From Bacteroidales bacterium (GTDB lineage Bacteria > Bacteroidota > Bacteroidia > Bacteroidales > UBA10428), in contig DATGXG010000002.1 of NCBI GenBank assembly GCA_035299085.1, positions 70,066 through 134,065 of the forward strand: a stretch of 64,000 bases of DNA, written 5' to 3'. The translations under genes and the position numbers were made by a program. Each line of letters opens with the position of its first letter. Positions within the stretch are counted from its first letter, which is position 1. Below are positions 26,869 through 34,164 of this stretch, one piece after another. Below the pieces are notes generated by a model that searched no databases, was not told where the DNA came from, and worked only from the letters and a program-made list of their open reading frames with translations.

Positions 26869-27532
26869 ATATGTTCCAATTATTTGCAATCGTCTCAAAC
26901 TTCAGCGCTTCTTTAAGCAATTTGAGAAACAGGTGCCGGGGAATATCCTCGGCGCCTAATGATTTAAGATGCGATGTGGATTGCTGTGCATCGATAAAAT
27001 GGAATTCATGGCTCAGACACCATTGCGTGAGGGCATAAAGGGCAAACTTTGAAGCATCCCGTTTCAGGTAAAACATCGATTCACCAAAAAAGGCCCTCCC
27101 CAATGAAACACCGTAAAGCCCACCTGCCAGTTCATCATTATGCCAGGTTTCGAATGAGTGAGCCAATCCCTTTTTATGTAAATTGATATAGGCCTGTTTC
27201 ATTTCTTTTGTAATCCAGGTACCGTCCTGGCCTTTTCTTGGTGCCTTTTCACAATGCTCAATCACTGAAGCAAAATCAGAATCAATTCTCACAGTAAAAC
27301 CTGAATTTTTAATCGACTGCCGCAGACTGTCAGTCAGTATAAATTTAGAAGGAAACAATACCATCCGGGGATCGGGTGACCACCAAAGGATGGGTGAGTT
27401 TTCAGTGAACCACGGGAAAATTCCTTGTGAATAGGCCGTAATAAGCGATTCCTGGCTTAAATCGCCTCCCACAGCCAGCAAACCATCGTGATCAGCGGTG
27501 GCCGGATCCGGAAACTGGTAAGTAAAGGGCAT
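26849..27532 (-). CDS. aat: Leucyl/phenylalanyl-tRNA--protein transferase
   Basis: 227 aa. PDPATADHDGLLAVGGDLS, GIFPWF and AQQSTSHLKSLGA motifs. The last 6 codons and the stop lie in the repeat A' box. Confidence 0.9.
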   Translation of the reverse strand: MPFTYQFPDPATADHDGLLAVGGDLSQESLITAYSQGIFPWFTENSPILWWSPDPRMVLFPSKFILTDSLRQSIKNSGFTVRIDSDFASVIEHCEKAPRKGQDGTWITKEMKQAYINLHKKGLAHSFETWHNDELAGGLYGVSLGRAFFGESMFYLKRDASKFALYALTQWCLSHEFHFIDAQQSTSHLKSLGAEDIPRHLFLKLLKEALKFETIANNWNISSLRGA

Positions 27533-27553
27533 AAAGCAAAGATAGGAAAGAGA

Positions 27554-27590
27554 ATAAAAAAATCCGGATCCTTTTTCGGATCCGGATTTT
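27554..27590 (-). terminator. Rho-independent terminator downstream of the tRNA-Leu pair
   Basis: 11-bp stem aatccggatcc/ggatccggatt (27561-27588). The minus strand has a T-run (plus strand aaaaaa at 27555-27560). Confidence 0.75.
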
Positions 27591-27591
27591 G

Positions 27592-27677
27592 TGCCCAGGA
27601 CAAGACTCGAACTTGCACGCCCGGTAAAAGGCGCCAGCCCCTCAAGCTGGTGTGTCTACCAATTCCACCACCTGGGC
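27592..27677 (-). tRNA. tRNA-Leu (anticodon GAG), class II with a long variable arm
   Basis: Minus strand GCCCAGGTGGTGGAATTGGTAGACACACCAGCTTGAGGGGCTGGCGCC...GCAAGTTCGAGTCTTGTCCTGGGCA. Acceptor GCCCAGG/CCTGGGC, anticodon loop TTGAGGG, T-loop TTCGAGT. Confidence 0.9.
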
Positions 27678-27717
27678 AAATCGGGTTTCAAAAATGCAAA
27701 ATAAAACTCTAAATCTA

Positions 27718-27750
27718 AAATCGTAAATCGTAAATCGTAAATCGTAAATC
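27718..27750. repeat. (TCGTAAA)x4-5 tandem heptamer between the two tRNA genes
   Basis: Read directly. Same word as the arms of the hairpin at 796-885. Confidence 0.8.
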
Positions 27751-27757
27751 AATTTAC

Positions 27758-27844
27758 TGGTGCCTGGAACAGGACTCGAACCTGCACATCCTTGCGAATA
27801 CTAGTCCCTGAAACTAGCGCGTCTACCAATTCCGCCATCCAGGC
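27758..27844 (-). tRNA. tRNA-Leu (anticodon CAG), class II, with encoded CCA
   Basis: Minus strand GCCTGGATGGCGGAATTGGTAGACGCGCTAGTTTCAGGGACTAGTATTCGCAAGGATGTGCAGGTTCGAGTCCTGTTCCAGGCACCA. Anticodon loop TTCAGGG. Confidence 0.9.
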
Positions 27845-27863
27845 ATTCCCTCAAAACGGGATG

Positions 27864-27871
27864 CAAATATA
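27864..27871 (-). promoter_or_regulatory. Candidate -7 box (TATATTTG on the minus strand) for the tRNA-Leu operon
   Basis: The plus strand reads CAAATATA, about 20 nt upstream of the mature 5' end at 27844. Confidence 0.45.
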
Positions 27872-28089
27872 TAAATTTCTATTAATAATTGACAAATTTT
27901 AAACAAAACTGAAAGATCATAAAAAAGACCGGGCATTCCCGGTCTTTGGATACAAAGGGTTGTATTGCATGAACGCTCAAATCGTGAGCAATATCTTGAT
28001 TTTATTATTGTCTTACTCTATATACGAACTTTTCGTCGCCGGGGTTCGGGTTTATGACGACGAAATTTATTACCTGAACTTACTTTTAA

Positions 28090-28097
28090 TACATTTG
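28090..28097 (+). promoter_or_regulatory. Candidate -7 box (TACATTTG)
   Basis: 21 nt upstream of the ATG at 28118. Confidence 0.45.
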
Positions 28098-28117
28098 GCG
28101 CACATAATCAAATCGAT

Positions 28118-30373
28118 ATGATCCTTTTCAACAGGTGCCTTTTCATCATTTTTCTTACAGTTTTAATTGCAATTAATTTTCCGGGATCATCATCAGCTCA
28201 AGAAACGGTTATTCCCCGTCTGAATGAAAAAATAGTATTTGATGGCTATATGAATGAAGCAGTGTGGAACGATTTGCCACCGCTTACATTTGTAATGCAT
28301 ACACCCGTTTTTGGTAAGGAACCGACTGAAAAATCTGACGTCAGAATAGGATACGACAATGAATGCCTGTATGTCGGCGCCCGGCTGTTTGATGACTCCC
28401 CTTCTGAAATCATGATGACGTCCAGGAAAAGAGATGAAATTTCTGCAGGAAACGACTGGTTCCAGGTAATATTCGACTCATTCAACGACAAAGAAAACGG
28501 TGTGGTATTTGCCACTAACCCCTTGGGATTGAGAACGGATTATACCATTTTAAAAGACGGAATTGCTGATATGCCGGAGCTTCCGTTTAACGTTAACTGG
28601 AATACATTCTGGGATGTGAAGACACATGTGGACGACAAAGGATGGTCGCTTGAAATGCGAATTCCCCTTTCCAGCTTACGGTACAAAGACATCAACGGGA
28701 CCGTTACAATGGGCCTTATTTGTGTGCGATCGGTGCCGAGGCTGAATGAAACTTATATTTCTCCTGCAATACCTCCTAACTGGGGTCGCTTTAGCTTTAT
28801 GCGCGTTTCACAGGCCCGGGAGGTTAAATTTAAAGATATCCGGTCAAAGAAACCTTTCTACATTGCGCCCTATGTAATAGGAGGGTACCAAAAGCAAAAC
28901 CTGTTGAATCAAGCTGAAACCGCTTACTACCAGGACAATGATCCCAAAATCAGCGGTGGCCTTGATCTGAAATACGGTCTTACAAATAATCTCACACTTG
29001 ATGTTACCCTGAACACCGATTTTGCCCAGGTAGAATCGGATGATCAGAGGGTTAACCTTACCCGTTTTGATCTGTTCTATCCTGAAAAAAGAAGTTTTTT
29101 CCAGGAACGGTCGAGCATTTTTGCATTTGACTTCGAACAGGGAAACAGCCTGTTTTATAGTCGCCGCATTGGTTTATCCGAAGATGAACCTTTACCGTTG
29201 TACGGTGGTGTCAGGCTCACCGGTATGATGAATAAGTGGGACGTTGGAATCCTGGATATGCAGACAAGGGAATTCAATTCATATAAGGATTCATCGCATA
29301 ATCTGCCTTCAGAAAATTTTGGAATTATCCGTATGCGACGCAACGTCATCAATAAAAACAGTTATGTAGGAGCCATTATGAGTTCAAGGGCCGGTATTGA
29401 CGGTTCTTACAATGTCAGTTACGGTGCCGATGCCATTTTGAAATTTTTTAAGGATGACTATCTGAATATTAAAATTGCCCAGGTAGTAACTGATTCACTT
29501 CATTACAACCTGTTCTCGGTAAATCCTACTGCTATATACGCGAACTGGAAACGTTTCAGGAATGAAGGACTGGGTTACAATTTTTCTTACGGCAGGTATG
29601 GAAAAGATTATGACCCCGGTTCAGGTTTTCATATGCATGATAATTACAGTTATTATAATGGCTCTTTACGATACGGATGGTTGTGCAAAGAAGCATCCGC
29701 CCTTCAAAGCGACGGTTTCCAGGTAACTTTGATGAATTACCAGTCAAATCTCACCGGAAAAACCGAGTCTTCAATTTTAAGTGCAGGATATTACTTCAAT
29801 ATGAAATCAGGCATGTTTTCTTACCAGGGAATTAACCGGCAGTTTGAAAGCGTAACCGATTCGTTTGAGTTTTCTGATAAAGCCTGTATACCGCCGGGAA
29901 ATTACAATTTCTGGATGCTTGAAATGCACAGCATGACCGCTTCAGTGAAGCCGTTTTATATAGGCATGGATCTGTTTGCAGGTTCATTTTATGACGGAAA
30001 CCGATTTTCGGTTATGCTTGCACCCTCATGGAATGTAAGTGCGTCTGTTCAATTAAAGGCAGAATATGAATACAACCGGCTGAGGTTTAGTACAAGGGGA
30101 CAGAAATTTGAAGGTAATGTAGGCAGACTGAGAGCTTTGTGGATGATGTCAACCAAATTATCCTTCAGTTCGTTCATTCAGTACAGCAATGCCGACCATT
30201 ATACTGGTGTAAACCTCCGGTTCCGGTATAATCCACGTGAAGGAGTGGATTTATATGTTGTTTACAACGAAGGAAGAAATTCAGATCTGAACCGTGAAGT
30301 GCCCCATCTCCCGGCATTAAGCGACAGGACGTTCATGGTGAAGTTTACCTACACGATACTGGCGAGGAAGTAG
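28118..30373 (+). CDS. DUF5916-type protein with an N-terminal CBM9-like carbohydrate-binding domain and a beta-barrel-like C-terminal body
   Basis: 751 aa. Signal peptide, N-terminal block IVFDGYMNEAVWNDLPP...ECLYVGARLFD (CBM9-like), aromatic-rich C-terminus ending ...FMVKFTYTILARK. Confidence 0.65.
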   Translation: MILFNRCLFIIFLTVLIAINFPGSSSAQETVIPRLNEKIVFDGYMNEAVWNDLPPLTFVMHTPVFGKEPTEKSDVRIGYDNECLYVGARLFDDSPSEIMMTSRKRDEISAGNDWFQVIFDSFNDKENGVVFATNPLGLRTDYTILKDGIADMPELPFNVNWNTFWDVKTHVDDKGWSLEMRIPLSSLRYKDINGTVTMGLICVRSVPRLNETYISPAIPPNWGRFSFMRVSQAREVKFKDIRSKKPFYIAPYVIGGYQKQNLLNQAETAYYQDNDPKISGGLDLKYGLTNNLTLDVTLNTDFAQVESDDQRVNLTRFDLFYPEKRSFFQERSSIFAFDFEQGNSLFYSRRIGLSEDEPLPLYGGVRLTGMMNKWDVGILDMQTREFNSYKDSSHNLPSENFGIIRMRRNVINKNSYVGAIMSSRAGIDGSYNVSYGADAILKFFKDDYLNIKIAQVVTDSLHYNLFSVNPTAIYANWKRFRNEGLGYNFSYGRYGKDYDPGSGFHMHDNYSYYNGSLRYGWLCKEASALQSDGFQVTLMNYQSNLTGKTESSILSAGYYFNMKSGMFSYQGINRQFESVTDSFEFSDKACIPPGNYNFWMLEMHSMTASVKPFYIGMDLFAGSFYDGNRFSVMLAPSWNVSASVQLKAEYEYNRLRFSTRGQKFEGNVGRLRALWMMSTKLSFSSFIQYSNADHYTGVNLRFRYNPREGVDLYVVYNEGRNSDLNREVPHLPALSDRTFMVKFTYTILARK

Positions 30374-30544
30374 TCTGTTAGTCTATAGTCTGTTAGTCTG
30401 TAGTCTGATCACTCAGGATATTATTTTGAAGAATCTCTTAGGCCTTAAAACCTTATTACTAAAATGCTCACCAAACACCGATCAACGAACACTGATTTAC
30501 GATTTAAGAAGTTTTACTAACGGACTAACAGACCAACAGACTAA
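30371..30544. repeat. Long-range inverted repeat of TAGTCTGT words (30371-30407 versus 30516-44). It encloses AACACCG-type and TTTACGA words.
   Basis: Left arm tagtctgttagtctatagtctgttagtctgtagtctga. Right arm actaacggactaacagaccaacagactaa. Interior caccaaacaccgatcaacgaacac and gatttacgattta. Confidence 0.75.
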
Positions 30545-30557
30545 AAAACTTTTTCCC

Positions 30558-30565
30558 TATATTTG
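30558..30565 (+). promoter_or_regulatory. Candidate -7 box (TATATTTG) for the GH130 gene
   Basis: 31 nt upstream of the ATG at 30596. It overlaps the TTG at 30563 used by the ORF track. Confidence 0.45.
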
Positions 30566-30595
30566 ATTCGGATCAAGAAACCAAAATATTTACCT

Positions 30596-31777
30596 ATGAA
30601 CACTGAATATAAAGAACGGCTGAAACTGCTTGAAGAATCATACAAATCGCTCATTACCAAAAAGAACAGGAAGGTACTTCCGGGCAACGGAATTTTTGAC
30701 CGGTATGAGAACCCGGTATTGACCGGTGATCATGCTCCTCTCTTCTGGAGGTATGATCTGAATCCTGAGACCAATCCGTTCCTTATGGAGCGATTTGGCA
30801 TACATGCTGCATTCAATGCAGGCGCCATGAAATTCAGAGGAAAATACCTGCTCATAGCCAGGGTTGAAGGAAACGACCGTAAATCGTTTTTTGCAGTAGC
30901 TGAAAGTCCGAATGGCATCGATAACTTCACTTTCTGGGATTACCCTGTTAAGCTTCCACAGGTGGAAAATCCTGAGACAAACGTGTATGATATGCGACTC
31001 ACAGCCCACCAGGATGGCTGGATATATGGTATATTCTGCGCGGAGCATAAAGACCCCCAGGCAGCCGACGGTGACCTGTCGTCAGCCGTTGCAAAGGCCG
31101 GCATAGTCAGGTCCAAAGACCTCATTAACTGGGAAAGGCTTCCAGATCTTGTTTCAAAGAGCCAGCAACGGAATGTGGTTCTTCATCCTGAATTTGTAAA
31201 TGGCAAATATGCCCTTTATACAAGGCCGCAGGATGGATTTATCGATGCAGGAAAAGGCGGAGGAATAGGCTGGGCCCTGATTGATGATATGACACATGCC
31301 GTGGTTAAAGAAGAAAAGATTATCAATCACCGGTATTACCACACGATAAAGGAAGTTAAAAATGGTGAAGGTCCCCACCCCATTAAAACACCAAAAGGAT
31401 GGCTTCATCTTGCCCATGGGGTAAGGGGTTGCGCTGCAGGCTTACGCTATGTCCTTTATATGTATATGACTTCCCTTAACGATCCGTCTGAAATGATCGC
31501 CGAACCTGCAGGTTTCCTTATGGCTCCTGAAGGCGAAGAGCGTGTGGGTGATGTATCCAACGTGTTGTTTACGAACGGATGGATTACAGAAGAGGATGGT
31601 ACTGTCTTTCTTTACTACGCCTCCTCTGATACCCGCATGCATGTTGCCACATCCACAGTTGACAGGCTTGTTGATTATTGCCTTAACACGGCACCTGACG
31701 GTTACCTTTCAGCCACTTCGGTAGATACTTTATCGGCTTTGATCAGCAAAAACCTGCAATACCTCGGAAAGAAATAA
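30596..31777 (+). CDS. GH130 4-O-beta-D-mannosyl-D-glucose phosphorylase-type glycoside phosphorylase
   Basis: 393 aa. Long near-identical blocks to my recollection of the Bacteroides fragilis MGP sequence, e.g. [91 protein letters not shown]. Confidence 0.9.
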   Translation: MNTEYKERLKLLEESYKSLITKKNRKVLPGNGIFDRYENPVLTGDHAPLFWRYDLNPETNPFLMERFGIHAAFNAGAMKFRGKYLLIARVEGNDRKSFFAVAESPNGIDNFTFWDYPVKLPQVENPETNVYDMRLTAHQDGWIYGIFCAEHKDPQAADGDLSSAVAKAGIVRSKDLINWERLPDLVSKSQQRNVVLHPEFVNGKYALYTRPQDGFIDAGKGGGIGWALIDDMTHAVVKEEKIINHRYYHTIKEVKNGEGPHPIKTPKGWLHLAHGVRGCAAGLRYVLYMYMTSLNDPSEMIAEPAGFLMAPEGEERVGDVSNVLFTNGWITEEDGTVFLYYASSDTRMHVATSTVDRLVDYCLNTAPDGYLSATSVDTLSALISKNLQYLGKK

Positions 31778-31780
31778 ATA

Positions 31781-32974
31781 ATGAATTCAGAATTATTAAC
31801 AAACCTTGGTACCCGGGCAAATGGAGAACTAACCGAAAATATTCTCCCTTTCTGGATAAATAAAGCCATCGATAAAATCAACGGTGGCTTTTACGGCCAG
31901 ATCGATGGTTATGGAAAAGTTATACCTCAGGCCGATAAAGGAGGCATCCTGAATGCAAGGATTTTATGGACTTTTTCGGCAGCCTATAACCTGCTGGAAG
32001 ATGACCTGTATCTGGATACGGCCCGTATGAGCCTTGACTACGTTCTTAACCATTTCTTTGACAACGAAAATGGCGGAACATTCTGGAAAATCACATTTGA
32101 TGGCAAACCGTCGGATACCAAGAAACAGATATACTCGCAGGCTTTTTTCATTTACGCTCTTTCTGAATTTTATAAAGCAAGCAACGATAGAACAAGTCTT
32201 GAAAAGGCCATTACTCTCTTCCGGTTAATCGAAGAAAAGAGTTTTGACAGGGAAAAGAACGGCTATTTTGAGGCATATAGCCGCGAATGGAGTCTTCTTG
32301 AAGACCTTCGCCTGAGTCTTAAAGATGCCAATGAAAAGAAGACAACGAATACACATCTTCACATTCTTGAAGCTTACACCAACCTTTACCAGGTATGGAA
32401 GAATGAAGACCTTGAAAAACAATTACGAAACCTGGTGAACCTTTTTCTTGACCGCATAATTGATCCTGTTTCCCGTCATATGCTTTTGTTTTTCGATGAG
32501 AACTGGAATTCACGTTCTTCGCTTGTTTCATACGGACATGATATTGAAGCATCATGGCTCATTTATGAAGGGGCAAGAGTATTGGGCGACAAGACCCTGG
32601 TTGAAAAAGCAAGGTCCCTGTGCGTTGAACTCGGAATTGCATCACTTGAGGGATTTCAGCCTGACGGAAGCATGATCTACGAGAAAGATGATGATAAAGG
32701 CATTCATGATACCGACCGTCACTGGTGGCCGCAGGCGGAAACCGTTGTCGGCCTTCTCAACCTTCATTCGCTTACGGGTGATTCTTCCTATGCCGAGAAG
32801 GCCGTTTCATGCTGGAACTATATTGAGAAGTACATAATCGACAGGCAGAACGGAGAATGGTACTGGAGCATAAAGAATGGAAAGCCTAATTTGGCAGAGG
32901 ACAAGGCAGGCTTCTGGAAATGCCCTTATCACAATGCCCGTGCATGTATTGAAGTAATAAAGAGAACATACTGA
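31781..32974 (+). CDS. AGE-family epimerase, cellobiose 2-epimerase-like
   Basis: 397 aa. (alpha/alpha)6 AGE motifs (HWWPQAE, WKCPYHNARAC). Lies 3 nt after the GH130 gene, matching the known CE-MGP mannan pathway pairing. Confidence 0.8.
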   Translation: MNSELLTNLGTRANGELTENILPFWINKAIDKINGGFYGQIDGYGKVIPQADKGGILNARILWTFSAAYNLLEDDLYLDTARMSLDYVLNHFFDNENGGTFWKITFDGKPSDTKKQIYSQAFFIYALSEFYKASNDRTSLEKAITLFRLIEEKSFDREKNGYFEAYSREWSLLEDLRLSLKDANEKKTTNTHLHILEAYTNLYQVWKNEDLEKQLRNLVNLFLDRIIDPVSRHMLLFFDENWNSRSSLVSYGHDIEASWLIYEGARVLGDKTLVEKARSLCVELGIASLEGFQPDGSMIYEKDDDKGIHDTDRHWWPQAETVVGLLNLHSLTGDSSYAEKAVSCWNYIEKYIIDRQNGEWYWSIKNGKPNLAEDKAGFWKCPYHNARACIEVIKRTY

Positions 32975-32986
32975 CTTCTATTTCCC

Positions 32987-33081
32987 TTATTTCTTAACGC
33001 TTTTTAACCTGATTTCTTAACACCTTTTAACCTTATTTCTTAACACCTTTTAACCTGATTACTTAACCACTCTTTTGAACC
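32987..33081. repeat. Four tandem copies of a 23-nt unit (TTATTTCTTAACACCTTTTAACC; the last copy is degenerate)
   Basis: Copies at 32987-33009, 33010-33032, 33033-33055 and 33056-33081. TTAAC recurs at alternating 10/13-nt spacing. Confidence 0.8.
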
Positions 33082-33121
33082 ACTTTGGTTTTCGATCGTT
33101 TTACCTGTAATACATTTCATC

Positions 33122-33580
33122 ATGAAAGCAATAGGTGTTATAATACTGCTGCTGCTTGTATTTACAGGCGGTTGTGCACAGCAGGCTGAAAAAAACGATA
33201 CTATGGAACAATCAACTTTAAAATTCAAAAAGCTCACACCCGAGGAGGAGCGGGTGATTGTATACAAGGGCACTGAAAGGCCTTTTACGGGTAAGTATGA
33301 TGAATTCTTTAAACCCGGAACCTATGTATGTAAAAGGTGCGGTGCCGAGTTATACAAATCGGACGACAAATTTGATTCCGGTTGCGGGTGGCCGAGCTTT
33401 GATGACGCTATTCCCGGTGCCGTGAAACAGATCCCTGATCCCGACGGTATGCGAACAGAGATAATTTGTGCCAAATGCAATGCACACCTGGGACATGTTT
33501 TCACCGGAGAAAGGCTTACAGCAAAAAATACCCGTTATTGCGTGAATTCTATTTCGATGGAGTTTATTCCGAAGAAGTAG
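33122..33580 (+). CDS. msrB: Peptide-methionine (R)-S-oxide reductase with a lipoprotein-type signal
   Basis: 152 aa. Signal LLLLVFTGGC. Zinc CxxC pairs (CKRCGAEL, CAKCNAHLGH) and catalytic RYCVNS. Confidence 0.9.
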   Translation: MKAIGVIILLLLVFTGGCAQQAEKNDTMEQSTLKFKKLTPEEERVIVYKGTERPFTGKYDEFFKPGTYVCKRCGAELYKSDDKFDSGCGWPSFDDAIPGAVKQIPDPDGMRTEIICAKCNAHLGHVFTGERLTAKNTRYCVNSISMEFIPKK

Positions 33581-33581
33581 T

Positions 33582-33688
33582 ATCCAACCTGTCAGCGTCC
33601 GGAGGACCTGACAGCGTTGTTTAATTGTTTGAGGTTTGATGTTTGAAGAATCCAACCTGTCAGCGTTCAGAGAACCTGACAGCGTTGT
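33582..33688. repeat. Two 39-nt direct repeats (period 68 nt), each with an internal CTGTCAG/CTGACAG inverted repeat, separated by a TGTTTGA-type array
   Basis: atccaacctgtcagcgtccggaggacctgacagcgttgt (33582-33620) and atccaacctgtcagcgttcagagaacctgacagcgttgt (33650-33688). Confidence 0.8.
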
Positions 33689-33705
33689 ATAATGGAAGTA
33701 ACGTT

Positions 33706-34161
33706 ATGGAAATAAATGTAGAAAATGTCGGAAACCGTGTTCGGGAGAATACATCTGATAAGAAAAACGAGAAGATCGATCAGAAAATTCTGGATCACAT
33801 TCGTCAGTATAAAGGTTCAAGCCGGGAGGAAATCGATGCCCGTATAGAAAAACTAAGGAAAGAATGGGATATTGAAAAAGCCCTGGAAGTGAATGCATCT
33901 GCAGTGATCATGGCGGGACTTCTTATGGGAACCCTTGGCAGAAAAAGATGGTACCTGCTTTCCGGTGTTGTATCGGTTTTTCTTCTTCAACATGGCATCC
34001 AGGGCTGGTGTCCGCCGGCAAGCCTGTTACGTTCGCTTGGAGTGAGAACCCGCCGGGAAATTGATGAAGAGATTTACGCCCTGAAGGAATTACGTGGCGA
34101 TTTTAATCATGTTTCCGCGGATTCCTCAGCTGTTGAGATTCTGGCCAGTTTCAGGAAATAA
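33706..34161 (+). CDS. DUF2892 (YgaP C-terminal-like) membrane protein
   Basis: Two TM segments with the GIQGWCP motif. Start moved to ATG 33706 because the longer ORF begins inside the repeat. Confidence 0.65.
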   Translation: MEINVENVGNRVRENTSDKKNEKIDQKILDHIRQYKGSSREEIDARIEKLRKEWDIEKALEVNASAVIMAGLLMGTLGRKRWYLLSGVVSVFLLQHGIQGWCPPASLLRSLGVRTRREIDEEIYALKELRGDFNHVSADSSAVEILASFRK

Positions 34162-34164
34162 TTT

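Noticed and set aside
27592-27844. tRNA-Leu genes as an integration site of a genomic island
   Set aside because: There is no integrase, no direct repeat of the tRNA 3' end, and the flanking genes (aat, DUF5916, GH130) look like ordinary chromosomal content.
27921-28080. Orphan hairpin (gaccggg-catt-cccggtc with an A-run before and T-run after) and a second hairpin (tttcgtcg...cgacgaaa) upstream of the tRNA promoter, considered as a small RNA gene
   Set aside because: No -7 box or conserved structure could be identified on either strand to define a transcript. The hairpin more plausibly insulates the tRNA promoter from the divergent 28118 gene. It is worth a look only if RNA-seq is available.
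32987-33081. Possible CRISPR array
   Set aside because: The repeats are head-to-tail 23-mers with no spacers, only four copies, and no cas genes anywhere in the window.
33122-33580. Possible selenocysteine-containing MsrB
   Set aside because: The catalytic position is a normal Cys codon (RYCVNS), and there is no in-frame TGA and no SECIS-like hairpin.
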